Source: Candidatus Aminicenantes bacterium
GTDB lineage: Bacteria > Acidobacteriota > Aminicenantia > Aminicenantales > JAFGBC01
Length of the DNA: 64,000 bases
NCBI GenBank assembly: GCA_963702005.1
Contig: OY969696.1
Coordinates: 512,001-576,000 of the forward strand
Reading direction: 5' to 3'
Each line of letters begins with the position of its first letter. Position 1 is the first letter of the stretch. The position numbers and the translations under genes were made by a program. This document shows, in pieces, positions 1 to 7,963 of this stretch. The notes beneath the pieces are model-generated. The model was not told the origin of the DNA and did not search any database. It worked only from the letters and a program-made list of their open reading frames with translations.

Positions 1-206
1 GTCCACAGCTCCTGTTCGGTCAGGAGTCCGCGTCCGATCCCGGATTGATTGGTGACGACCAAGGCCAGCAGGCCCGCCCGGTTGATCCTCCGGACGGCCT
101 CCACGCCCTGGGGATAAATCGTGATCTGGCCGTAATCACGGGGGTAGCCGACGTCGACGTTAAGGGTCCCATCCCGGTCGATGAAGACGGCCTTCTTCTT
201 TTTCAT
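1..206 (-). CDS. gmhB: D,D-heptose 1,7-bisphosphate phosphatase (HAD IIIA), 3' end beyond window
   Basis: Manual translation MKKKKAVFIDRDGTLNVDVGYP...VVTNQSGIGRG (DRDGT and TNQSG motifs); ATGA overlap with the waaF stop; not in ORF track. Confidence 0.88.
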   Translation of the reverse strand, partial: MKKKKAVFIDRDGTLNVDVGYPRDYGQITIYPQGVEAVRRINRAGLLALVVTNQSGIGRGLLTEQELW

Positions 207-1204
207 AAGAACGGCCGGCAGGCCTCGACGACCTCGTCGACGGAGATCCCCGTCATGCAGCGGTGGTCGTAGGGACATTTGCGGTAGAGGCAGGGCCAGC
301 AGGGGACGTCTTTCTTGAGCACGGCGGACGGCGGCTGGAAGGGGCCGGTCAGCCGCGGATCGGTCGGGCCGAACACGGCCACGACCGGAATCCCGAGGCC
401 GTTGGCCATGTGCATCGGGCCGGAGTCGTTGGTCAGGACGAGCCGGGCCTGGCCGACGAGGCCGAGCAGCTCGCGGAGGGTCGTCCGGCCGACGAGGGAA
501 TGGGGCCTCTTCTTCATGGCCGCCGAGACGTCCTCGGCGAGGGCGGTCTCGTTGTCAGAGCCGACGAGAAGGATTTCCGCTTTATGGCGCGTCCCCAGAC
601 GGTCCGCCGCGGCGGCGAATCTTTCCGGAAACCACCGCTTGGCCGGCCCGTAGGACGCCCCGGGGTCGATGACGATGAGCGGCTTTCCGGCCTGAACGCC
701 CATGCCGCGCAGCCGGGCCCGGGCCGCTTTCGTTTCCGCGGCCGAGAGGGTCAGTTTGATTTGGGGCGGCCGCGTCTTGAAGCCGAGTCCGGCAACGAGC
801 CGGAGATAGAAGTGAACTTGATGGACGTCCCGGTCGGTTTCCCGGCGCGCGACGCGCTTCGTCAGAAGCGGGCCGCGGCCGTCCGCGGCGTATCCCCAGC
901 GTTCGGGGATCTTGCTCAGGAAAAAAAGGAGGGCGGAGGAAAAGGAGTTGGTCAGGAGGAGCGCGGCGTCGAAGCCCAGCTCCTGGAGCTCCCGGCCGGC
1001 GCGCTTCAGCGTCTTGAGATCGGCCCGGTCGGGGAGGGGGTGCGTTCCGTCGACCCCGTCACCGGCGGGGAACAAGTCGCGGACCCAGGCGCGGGAAGCC
1101 ATCCAGATTTCCGCCTTGGGGAAGTTATCGCGCAGGCTGGCGATGGCCGGCAAGGCCAGGATGGAATCCCCGACCCAATTCGGCGTCCGAACGATGATTT
1201 TCAT
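203..1204 (-). CDS. waaF: Lipopolysaccharide heptosyltransferase II (GT9)
   Basis: PNWVGD, GASYGPAKRW, TNDSGPMH, FGPT motifs; start set at MKIIVR (1204) because the ATG at 1213 overlaps the -10 box. Confidence 0.92.
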   Translation of the reverse strand: MKIIVRTPNWVGDSILALPAIASLRDNFPKAEIWMASRAWVRDLFPAGDGVDGTHPLPDRADLKTLKRAGRELQELGFDAALLLTNSFSSALLFFLSKIPERWGYAADGRGPLLTKRVARRETDRDVHQVHFYLRLVAGLGFKTRPPQIKLTLSAAETKAARARLRGMGVQAGKPLIVIDPGASYGPAKRWFPERFAAAADRLGTRHKAEILLVGSDNETALAEDVSAAMKKRPHSLVGRTTLRELLGLVGQARLVLTNDSGPMHMANGLGIPVVAVFGPTDPRLTGPFQPPSAVLKKDVPCWPCLYRKCPYDHRCMTGISVDEVVEACRPFL

Positions 1205-1211
1205 CGGACCC

Positions 1212-1241
1212 ATTGTATTCTCCCGCTCCGGAGATTGTCAA
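1212..1241 (-). promoter_or_regulatory. sigma70 promoter for waaF (probably leaderless)
   Basis: TTGACA-N18-TACAAT, then 7 nt to ATG. Confidence 0.6.
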
Positions 1242-1266
1242 AAGGCGCGGCTCAACGCGGCGAATC

Positions 1267-1545
1267 TTATTTCGAGGACGTGTCGTCCTTCTTGGTTTCC
1301 TTGGACTCGGACCCGGCGGACGATTCGCTTTTCTTGTCGAGTGCTTTGTCCGCTCCGCCCGAGTTTTTCTTGGCGTAGTCCGTGATGTACCAGCCGCTGC
1401 CCTTGAAATGGATCGCCGGCGCGGACGGGAGTTTTCGGAGCGGGCCCGAGCACTTGGGACACTTCTTGAGCGGCTGGGCGTGGGCTTTCTGGACGACTTC
1501 GAACGTGTGGCCGCATTGGCTGCATTCGTATTCATAGAGCGGCAT
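1267..1545 (-). CDS. FmdB-family zinc-ribbon protein
   Basis: MPLYEYECSQCG...CPKC...FKGSGWYITDY signature. Confidence 0.88.
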   Translation of the reverse strand: MPLYEYECSQCGHTFEVVQKAHAQPLKKCPKCSGPLRKLPSAPAIHFKGSGWYITDYAKKNSGGADKALDKKSESSAGSESKETKKDDTSSK

Positions 1546-1648
1546 GACAATCCTTAAAAGGACATCATTATAGCACAGCCGCGCCACCCCAACTTGTCTA
1601 TATTGAGCCCCGAAAAAAGAATTTGGTTATCGGGCGCTGGCGCGACGT

Positions 1649-3085
1649 TTAGTGGAAGACGATGGCTTCGAAGACATAAATCTCGGCGCCCGTCTTCCAG
1701 GCGGTCTCGGGCAAGCCCGCTTTGTGGCAGGCCTCGGCGAGGAAGGTCTCCCGGTCCCAGCCTTCCTCGACGGGGACCTGGGGCAGGAGCAGCCCCCGCT
1801 GGCCGCCCTGGGCGATGACCAGTCCGTGGGTTCCGACCCGGACTTCCCTGGGATCCTGGATCCGGCGGAGAGGCGTCAAGACCGAGATTTCATACTCGAG
1901 CTGATCGAGCTCCTTCTCGCCGACCGGCGGGAAACGGGGGTCTTCCGAAGCCGCATAGACGGCGGCCTGGATGACGGCCCGGGCGAGAGGAAAGACCGGT
2001 TCGATGAACCCGATGCAGCCGCGAAGCTCGCCCCGCTTTTTAAGCGTCACGAAAGCCCCCCGCTCCGCGAGGAGGTTCGGATCCTGGGTCTCGTATTCGA
2101 GAACCTTGCCGCTCCGGACCGACGTCTCGACGGCCGTCCGGGCCAGACGAAGGAGCTCTTTCTTTTCGTCCGAGGACAGGCTGAAATCGGGGGGACGCTT
2201 GCCCGCGATGACGGCGGCCGCCATATAGCCGACGACGGCGTCGGTCGAAGTGCCGGCCTCGGAGGAGTCGGCGTAGTGGAGAAGGCGGGCCTCGCTGGCG
2301 CCCGTCTTCTGCGCGGCGAGCAGAACGGCCGCGACGCCGACTCCGCCGCAGAGGATGTTGGCGCCCTCGGAGAGCTTCCTGATCAGAGCGTCCGTCTTGA
2401 ACCCGCGGATGAGGGAGGCCGTCTCGGAATCGACCTCGTTGGCCTCGGCCTTGGGCAGATAGTGGGACATGTCCGTCGAAGCGATGACAAGGACGCGGGG
2501 ACGGGACATGACCTTCGCCAGCGCGTCGGCCAAGGAGCGAAAGCCGCGTTGGTCGAGGCCGCCCAGGACGACGGGAACGATCTTGGCTTTGGGGAGGACG
2601 GTCTGGAGGAAGGGCACCTGGACCTCGACCGAATGCTCTTGCGCGAAGGCCTCGGGAATCAGGCGGAAACCCGTTTCATGGATGAGCTCGGCGGCAAGCC
2701 CCTCGTCGACGGCGGCCGTCCCCAGCGGAGTTTCAAACCCGCCCTGAGGCCAGACCGATCCGCCGCTGAATCCATAATTGTGGGAGGGGCCGATGATGAC
2801 GACGGAATCGATGTCCTGCCCCGCGACGAATTTGTAGCCGTAGGCGGCCGTCTGCCCGGAATAGACGTACGCGGCGTGGGGTACGATGAGGGCCAGGACG
2901 CGGAGGCTCGGGTCAGGGGCGAGGTCGGCGGCCCCCAGGAAGGTTTTAATTTGGCCCGCGAGGCTTGACGGGTCGCCCTCGTAGAACTGACCCGCGAAGA
3001 CGGGTTTCCGGACGCCCTGCGGCCAAACGAGGCTCGGGGCAAGGACGAGAAGGAGGCTGAAACAGAAAAGACATGCTTTTTTCAT
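1649..3085 (-). CDS. AmmeMemoRadiSam system protein B (Memo) fused to protein A (AMMECR1), with N-terminal signal peptide
   Basis: PHA.YVYSG, GPSH, EHSVEVQVPF, STDMSHY, VVGY (Memo); GAFVTL, LRGCIG, DPRF, LLLPQV (AMMECR1). Confidence 0.9.
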   Translation of the reverse strand: MKKACLFCFSLLLVLAPSLVWPQGVRKPVFAGQFYEGDPSSLAGQIKTFLGAADLAPDPSLRVLALIVPHAAYVYSGQTAAYGYKFVAGQDIDSVVIIGPSHNYGFSGGSVWPQGGFETPLGTAAVDEGLAAELIHETGFRLIPEAFAQEHSVEVQVPFLQTVLPKAKIVPVVLGGLDQRGFRSLADALAKVMSRPRVLVIASTDMSHYLPKAEANEVDSETASLIRGFKTDALIRKLSEGANILCGGVGVAAVLLAAQKTGASEARLLHYADSSEAGTSTDAVVGYMAAAVIAGKRPPDFSLSSDEKKELLRLARTAVETSVRSGKVLEYETQDPNLLAERGAFVTLKKRGELRGCIGFIEPVFPLARAVIQAAVYAASEDPRFPPVGEKELDQLEYEISVLTPLRRIQDPREVRVGTHGLVIAQGGQRGLLLPQVPVEEGWDRETFLAEACHKAGLPETAWKTGAEIYVFEAIVFH

Positions 3086-3266
3086 AGGAACCTCGATATC
3101 GATATGCCGTTTATAATAGAAATATACAAGACAGGGCGCTTTATATCAAATTGTCTTCACTTAAAGACAAAGCGGCCGAAAGCGACCATGGGAAGGTCAG
3201 AGGAAGACGGGGCCTGGGGCGATCTTGACCGGAACGAGGCGGGTCTTCCGGCGTTTTGTGTTTGAC

Positions 3267-3346
3267 CCGTTCGCCGATGCTAGGCCCAGCCTTGCAGTAC
3301 TCATACTAAGCCGGAAACGGCTTAGTATGGGTGTCGATGGGTTGAC
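3267..3346 (+). repeat. Hairpin-rich miniature element, copy A
   Basis: Follows TTGAC (3262-3266) and ends TTGAC (3342-3346); perfect 12-bp GAAA-loop stem 3302-3329; ends shared with the 48278-48415 element. Confidence 0.65.
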
Positions 3347-3387
3347 TTTTTTCACCGTTTCGAAGAAAATGATAGCGGAAGGTTCGT

Positions 3388-3522
3388 ATGAAAGGGTTCG
3401 TCAAAGGCTTGTTCACGCTCCTCCTCATCTCCTTCGCCTTCTTCCTCGGGTTCCATCTCGGTAAGGAAAAGGTCAAGGACAAAATCCCGAAATTCCAGGA
3501 CGACCTGGACCGGACCGCGTAG
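3388..3522 (+). CDS. Small (44 aa) single-pass membrane protein
   Basis: MKGFVKGLFTLLLISFAFFLGFHLGKEKVKDKIPKFQDDLDRTA*; host-like codon use; candidate promoter TTGACT-N17-GAAAAT upstream. Confidence 0.65.
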   Translation: MKGFVKGLFTLLLISFAFFLGFHLGKEKVKDKIPKFQDDLDRTA

Positions 3523-3570
3523 GGGGGTCGCGCTTGCTTCATCCGTACAAGGGAGGGGTTTTTCTGTAAT

Positions 3571-3599
3571 TTGACTATTCCCGGAGCGGGCGCTATAAT
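3571..3599 (+). promoter_or_regulatory. sigma70 promoter
   Basis: TTGACT-N17-TATAAT upstream of the 3629 ORF and lolB-like/ispE operon. Confidence 0.75.
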
Positions 3600-3628
3600 T
3601 TTGTAACTCTCGGCGAGCGAGGCTCACC

Positions 3629-3934
3629 ATGAATCTCAGCGTTTATGTCATACTGATTCTTTTCGGCCTGTTCGTCATCCTCCTCATCGTCAATCCCAAC
3701 CTATCCTGCTTCGGGAAGAGGGTCCGGTCTCCCTTCCATCCCCTGTATCGGAAACGGGGCAAGGCCGCCAAAACGGTCAAGACGACCGATTTCGGCTTCC
3801 ATCTTAATCCCGACGGAAAAACGGCGACTCGGTCGGCGTCCGGGCCGTCCGGGAGCAAGCCCGTCGGGGCCAAGCCGGAGGGGACGTCACCCGACGCGCC
3901 CAAGACCGAAGATTATGGCTTCCACCTCGACTGA
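3629..3934 (+). CDS. Hypothetical membrane-anchored protein
   Basis: N-terminal hydrophobic helix; repeated motif TTDFGFHL / TEDYGFHL; follows a consensus promoter. Confidence 0.65.
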   Translation: MNLSVYVILILFGLFVILLIVNPNLSCFGKRVRSPFHPLYRKRGKAAKTVKTTDFGFHLNPDGKTATRSASGPSGSKPVGAKPEGTSPDAPKTEDYGFHLD

Positions 3935-4628
3935 GGTCCGCCGGGGATTTTGCCGAGCGGTCCTGGTCACCGTGGCCGCAGCCGCTCTGTCCACTTGCGC
4001 GGGAGGACCTCCCCGGCTCGCCCCCATCCCCGACGTCCTCACCAGCCTCGAGGGCGACGGCTCGCTGTCCCTGACCGGAACGGGGGGCACGGTCCGGTCC
4101 CGGTTCTCGTTCATCCTCCTCCCGCCCGCGCGGGCCCGGATCGATGTCTTCGACCCGCTGGGTCGCCTCGTCTATTTCCTCCTCATGACCGATGATGAAG
4201 CCTTGATGGCCGTCCCCTCCAAAAAGGCGTTCTGCCGCGGCAGCCAGGAAGAGGTCATCGCCCGGTTCCTGGGTTTCGGGCTGACTCCGCGCGAGATGGC
4301 GAGCCTTTTGACCGGGCGCTGGCCCGAAAGCGGGCCGGGCGGAGAGAGGCCGGACGGCGAGGAATGGACTCTGCGGCGGGATGATAAGAACAGGATCGCC
4401 TCCGGCGAGCGGGACGGCCTTCGCTTCGAGGTTCGCGATTTTTTTCCCGGCTCGGGGGCCGCGCGCATCCTGACCTTCCTGCATGCGGATTCGCGGGGGC
4501 GGCTCAAGATCCACCACTTGGTATTCAACCGGCCCCGGCCCGGCGCGACCGAGGCCGCGTCCCTCCTCAAGGGCTACACCGAGAAGACCCGGCAGGAGAT
4601 GGAGACCCTCCTCGGCGATGAGGATTAA
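3915..4628 (+). CDS. LolB-like outer-membrane lipoprotein
   Basis: Lipobox-like ALSTC, D.LGR motif, canonical position directly upstream of ispE. Confidence 0.6.
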   Translation: MASTSTEVRRGFCRAVLVTVAAAALSTCAGGPPRLAPIPDVLTSLEGDGSLSLTGTGGTVRSRFSFILLPPARARIDVFDPLGRLVYFLLMTDDEALMAVPSKKAFCRGSQEEVIARFLGFGLTPREMASLLTGRWPESGPGGERPDGEEWTLRRDDKNRIASGERDGLRFEVRDFFPGSGAARILTFLHADSRGRLKIHHLVFNRPRPGATEAASLLKGYTEKTRQEMETLLGDED

Positions 4629-5538
4629 ATCCTTCGCCAAGATCAACCTCGGGTTGGAGGTCCTCTCCCGGCGCGAGGACGGCTACCACGAGATCAAGAC
4701 CGTCTTTCAATCCGTCGGCCTTTTCGATATCATTCGGCTCGCCCGGCGGGACGATCCCGGCATCCTGCTGGCGGGGACCGATCCGTCCGTTCCCTGGGAC
4801 GAGACCAACCTTATTTTCAGGGCGGCCCGCCTGCTCCAGCAGGAGCACGGCGTCCGGAGGGGCGCGGAGATCTTCGTGGAAAAGAATATTCCTCCCGGCA
4901 AGGGCCTGGGAGGGGGGAGCAGCAACGCGGCCATGACCCTCTGGGCATTGTCCCGCCTCTGGGGCCTCCCGGAGGATAGCGCCGGCCTCCGGCGGCTGGC
5001 CGCCGGCTTGGGGGCCGATGTCCCCTATTTTCTGGAGGGCGGCCTCTGTCTGGGGACGGGCCGGGGCGACGTCCTGACTCCCCTCCCCGAGCGGCTCTCC
5101 CGGTTCTGCCTCATCATCCTCCCGTCCTTCCCGGTCCCGACGGCCCGGGTCTACGGCGCCCTGCCGGGCGTCCAGCGAATCGCAGCACCGGATGAGCCCT
5201 CGCCTGAAGGCCGGGGCGTCGAGGTGTTGACTTCGGGTGGGAAAGCGGGTAAAATTGACGCGTTTTTGAGGACGGACGAGCTTCGCTTCCTTGACAACGG
5301 ACTCGAAGAGACGATCTTTCGCCTCTTTCCTCAGATAAAAGGAATAAAGAGCCTCATCCAAAGCCTGGGGCCGGAATTGTCCCTGGTCAGCGGATCGGGC
5401 TCGGCGGTGTTCGGACTCTTCAGGGAAAGAGCGGCCGCCGAGGCGGCCCTCCAGACGGCCGGGGCGAAGCACAGGGCCGTCCTCGTCGAGTTCGTGTCCC
5501 GCGAGCGCTACTGGGCAGAACTAAACGCTGGGGTGTAG
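4618..5538 (+). CDS. ispE: 4-diphosphocytidyl-2-C-methyl-D-erythritol kinase
   Basis: AKINLGL, DGYHEI, GLGGGSSNAA, GADVP, SGSGS motifs; start at MRIKSF. Confidence 0.95.
   Translation: MRIKSFAKINLGLEVLSRREDGYHEIKTVFQSVGLFDIIRLARRDDPGILLAGTDPSVPWDETNLIFRAARLLQQEHGVRRGAEIFVEKNIPPGKGLGGGSSNAAMTLWALSRLWGLPEDSAGLRRLAAGLGADVPYFLEGGLCLGTGRGDVLTPLPERLSRFCLIILPSFPVPTARVYGALPGVQRIAAPDEPSPEGRGVEVLTSGGKAGKIDAFLRTDELRFLDNGLEETIFRLFPQIKGIKSLIQSLGPELSLVSGSGSAVFGLFRERAAAEAALQTAGAKHRAVLVEFVSRERYWAELNAGV
5227..5255 (+). promoter_or_regulatory. sigma70 promoter inside ispE, probably driving tRNA-Gln/prs
   Basis: TTGACT-N17-TAAAAT. Confidence 0.65.
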
Positions 5539-5600
5539 CCAAGCGGTAAGGCAGCGGACTTTGGATCCGCCATCCGGAGGTTCGAATCCTCCCGCCCCAG
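5529..5600 (+). tRNA. tRNA-Gln (TTG); CCA not encoded
   Basis: TGGGGTG/CGCCCCA acceptor stem, GCGGA-CTTTGGA-TCCGC anticodon arm, GGTTCGAATCC T-arm; usual position between ispE and prs. Confidence 0.96.
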
Positions 5601-5673
5601 TCAGAGAAGACATTAGACGCATATAGATGAGAGGCGAGTTCGTGAGCATGAGACGACAGATAAGGAAGGAACC

Positions 5674-6603
5674 ATGAAAGTTTTTTCCGGCTCCTCCAAT
5701 CCGGCGCTGGCTCGGGAGATCGTTCGCTATCTGAAGATGGACCTGGGCAAGAACGTCCTCAAGCGGTTCAACGACGGCGAGATCCGCTTCCACATCGACG
5801 AAAACGTCCGGGGCGAGGACGTCTTCGTCATCCAGTCCGGGAGCCCCGACGCCAACTTCCACCTCATGGAGCTCTTCCTGATGATCGACGCCTTCAAACG
5901 GGCCTCGGCCGAGCGGATCACCGTCGTCCTGCCCTACTACTGCTACGCCCGCCAGGACTGGAAGGATCGGCCGCGGGTCCCGATCTCGGCCCGCCTGGTC
6001 GCCGACCTGATCGAGAAGGCCGGCGCCAACCGGGTCCTGACCATGGACCTCCATTCCCCCCAGATTCAGGGGTTCTTCTCGATTCCGGTCGACAACCTGA
6101 TGGCGGCCCCGGTCTTGGCCAAGCATATTCAGCGCCTCAAACTCCGCAACCTGATCGTTGTCTCCCCGGACGCGGGCGGCGTCGGCCGGGCCCGGGTCAT
6201 GGCTAAGCGGGTTAAGGCCATGCTGGCCATCATCGACAAGCGGCGGCCGGCCCCCGGAGTCGCCGAAGTCCTTCACGTCATCGGCGAGGTCAAGGGTTAT
6301 GACTGCATCATCTTCGACGACATGGTCGATACGGCCGGCACCTTCGTCCTGTCCGCCGAAGCCCTCAAGCGGGAGGGCGCCCGCCGCGTCTTCGCCGCCT
6401 GCACCCACCCCGTTCTGTCCGGCCCCGCCGTCGAAAGGATCATGGGGTCCCCGATCGAGAAGATAATCGTCACCAACACGATTCCTTTGACCGAGGCCTC
6501 GAAAGTCTGTCCCAAGATCGAGGTCCTGTCGGTCGCCGAGCTGTTCGGCGAAGCCATCCGGAGGATCAACGAAGGCAGCTCGGTCAGCTCTCTGTTCGTT
6601 TGA
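5674..6603 (+). CDS. prs: Ribose-phosphate pyrophosphokinase
   Basis: FNDGEI, YARQD, DLH..QIQGFF, SPDAGGV, DDMVDTAGT. Confidence 0.97.
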   Translation: MKVFSGSSNPALAREIVRYLKMDLGKNVLKRFNDGEIRFHIDENVRGEDVFVIQSGSPDANFHLMELFLMIDAFKRASAERITVVLPYYCYARQDWKDRPRVPISARLVADLIEKAGANRVLTMDLHSPQIQGFFSIPVDNLMAAPVLAKHIQRLKLRNLIVVSPDAGGVGRARVMAKRVKAMLAIIDKRRPAPGVAEVLHVIGEVKGYDCIIFDDMVDTAGTFVLSAEALKREGARRVFAACTHPVLSGPAVERIMGSPIEKIIVTNTIPLTEASKVCPKIEVLSVAELFGEAIRRINEGSSVSSLFV

Positions 6604-6619
6604 CAAAGGAGAACACGCC

Positions 6620-7285
6620 ATGGCCATCGTCGTCAAGAGCGAACGCAGGGACGCTTTCGGCAAGAACGCCTCCCGCCGGATCCGGATGAAAGGGAAGGTC
6701 CCGGCCATCCTCTACGGGGAGGGGATCGACAACGTCCCCCTCGTTCTGGACAAGACAGACGTCTTCCGGATCATGCGGTCCGACACGAAAGAGAACACGA
6801 TATTCCGGCTCGCCGTCGGTGCCGATGAGCGCGACGCCATGATCAAAGCCCTCCAGGTCGACCCGACGACCGACGAGCTCATCCACGCCGACCTCGTCCA
6901 GATCGCGATGGACAAGCTTATCCGGGTCTCCGTCCCGATCATCCCGGTCGGCGAGGCCATCGGCGTAAAGTCCGAGAGCGGCTTCATCGACCTCATCACC
7001 CGCCAGGTCGAGATCGAATGCCTGCCCAAGGACATCCCCGAGCATATCGAGGTCGACATCTCCGAGCTCCACATCAACCAATCCCTCAAGGTCGAGAACG
7101 CGGTTCCCCCGCCCGGCGTCCGGATCCTGACCGAGCCGGGAACGGTCCTCGTCCTGATCGCGATGCCGCACAAGGAAGAGGTGGTGGCCGAGGTCAAGCC
7201 CGAGGAAGAGGCGGTGGCGGCCGAACCCAAGGAGCCCGAGCTCATCAAGAAAGAGCGGGCCGTGGAAGAGAAAGAGGAGAAGTGA
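6620..7285 (+). CDS. rplY: 50S ribosomal protein L25/Ctc
   Basis: GKNASRRIR..GKVPAILYG, HADL, C-terminal Ctc domain; prs-rplY-pth synteny. Confidence 0.95.
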   Translation: MAIVVKSERRDAFGKNASRRIRMKGKVPAILYGEGIDNVPLVLDKTDVFRIMRSDTKENTIFRLAVGADERDAMIKALQVDPTTDELIHADLVQIAMDKLIRVSVPIIPVGEAIGVKSESGFIDLITRQVEIECLPKDIPEHIEVDISELHINQSLKVENAVPPPGVRILTEPGTVLVLIAMPHKEEVVAEVKPEEEAVAAEPKEPELIKKERAVEEKEEK

Positions 7286-7288
7286 TCG

Positions 7289-7864
7289 GTGTGGGCCGTC
7301 GTCGGCCTGGGCAATCCGGGCCAGGAATACGCCGGGACGCGGCATAACGCCGGGTTCGCCTTCGTCCAGGGCGTGGCCCGGGATTGGAACGTCCGGCTCA
7401 AAAAGCGGAAGTTCAGGGCCAGGATGGCCGAGGTCTCCCGGGGCCGCGAGACGATCCTGCTGGCCCAGCCCCAGACCTTTATGAACGAGAGCGGCCGATC
7501 GGTCCGTCTTCTCCTCCAGGGGACCGGCCTCTCCGCCGAGCGCCTCGTCGTCGTCTATGACGACCTCGACATCCGCCTGGGAGAGATCCGGGTCCGCAAG
7601 GAAGGGCGGCCCGGGACCCACAAGGGCATGAAGTCCATCGTGGACGAGATCGGGACGACCCGCTTCCCCCGGATCCGGGTCGGGATCGGCCCCCTGCCGG
7701 AGGGCGAGGACGCCGCCGAGTTCGTCCTGGCCCCGTTCGCCGGCGACGAACGCCCGGCCTTTGAGGCGAGTCTGGAACGGGCCCGCCAGGCCCTCGATTT
7801 CGTCCTGGCCGGCCGGCTCGATAAGGCCATGACGGCCTTCAACCAAAAAACGGGAGATTCCTGA
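7289..7864 (+). CDS. pth: Peptidyl-tRNA hydrolase
   Basis: VGLGNPG..Y..TRHNAGF, PQTFMNESG, YDDLD. Confidence 0.96.
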   Translation: MWAVVGLGNPGQEYAGTRHNAGFAFVQGVARDWNVRLKKRKFRARMAEVSRGRETILLAQPQTFMNESGRSVRLLLQGTGLSAERLVVVYDDLDIRLGEIRVRKEGRPGTHKGMKSIVDEIGTTRFPRIRVGIGPLPEGEDAAEFVLAPFAGDERPAFEASLERARQALDFVLAGRLDKAMTAFNQKTGDS

Positions 7865-7910
7865 GCCGAGTATGGTATGATGGTCGGAGCATGAGATAAA
7901 CGAAAGAAGC

Positions 7911-7959
7911 TCTCCTTGTTCCTTCCCCTAAGAGGAGGAGCTTGATATCCATAAGGAGG
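7911..7959 (+). promoter_or_regulatory. rpsF leader hairpin sequestering the SD (candidate S6:S18 autoregulatory element)
   Basis: TCTCCTTG (7911-7918) pairs with TAAGGAGG (7952-7959), with an inner stem; extended -10 TGnTATGAT at 7873-7881. Confidence 0.55.
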
Positions 7960-7963
7960 ATCG

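Noticed and set aside
3264-3344. Superficial resemblance to self-cleaving ribozymes (twister-sister, hammerhead)
   Set aside because: Conserved catalytic core nucleotides not found; shared ends with the kdsC insert explain it better
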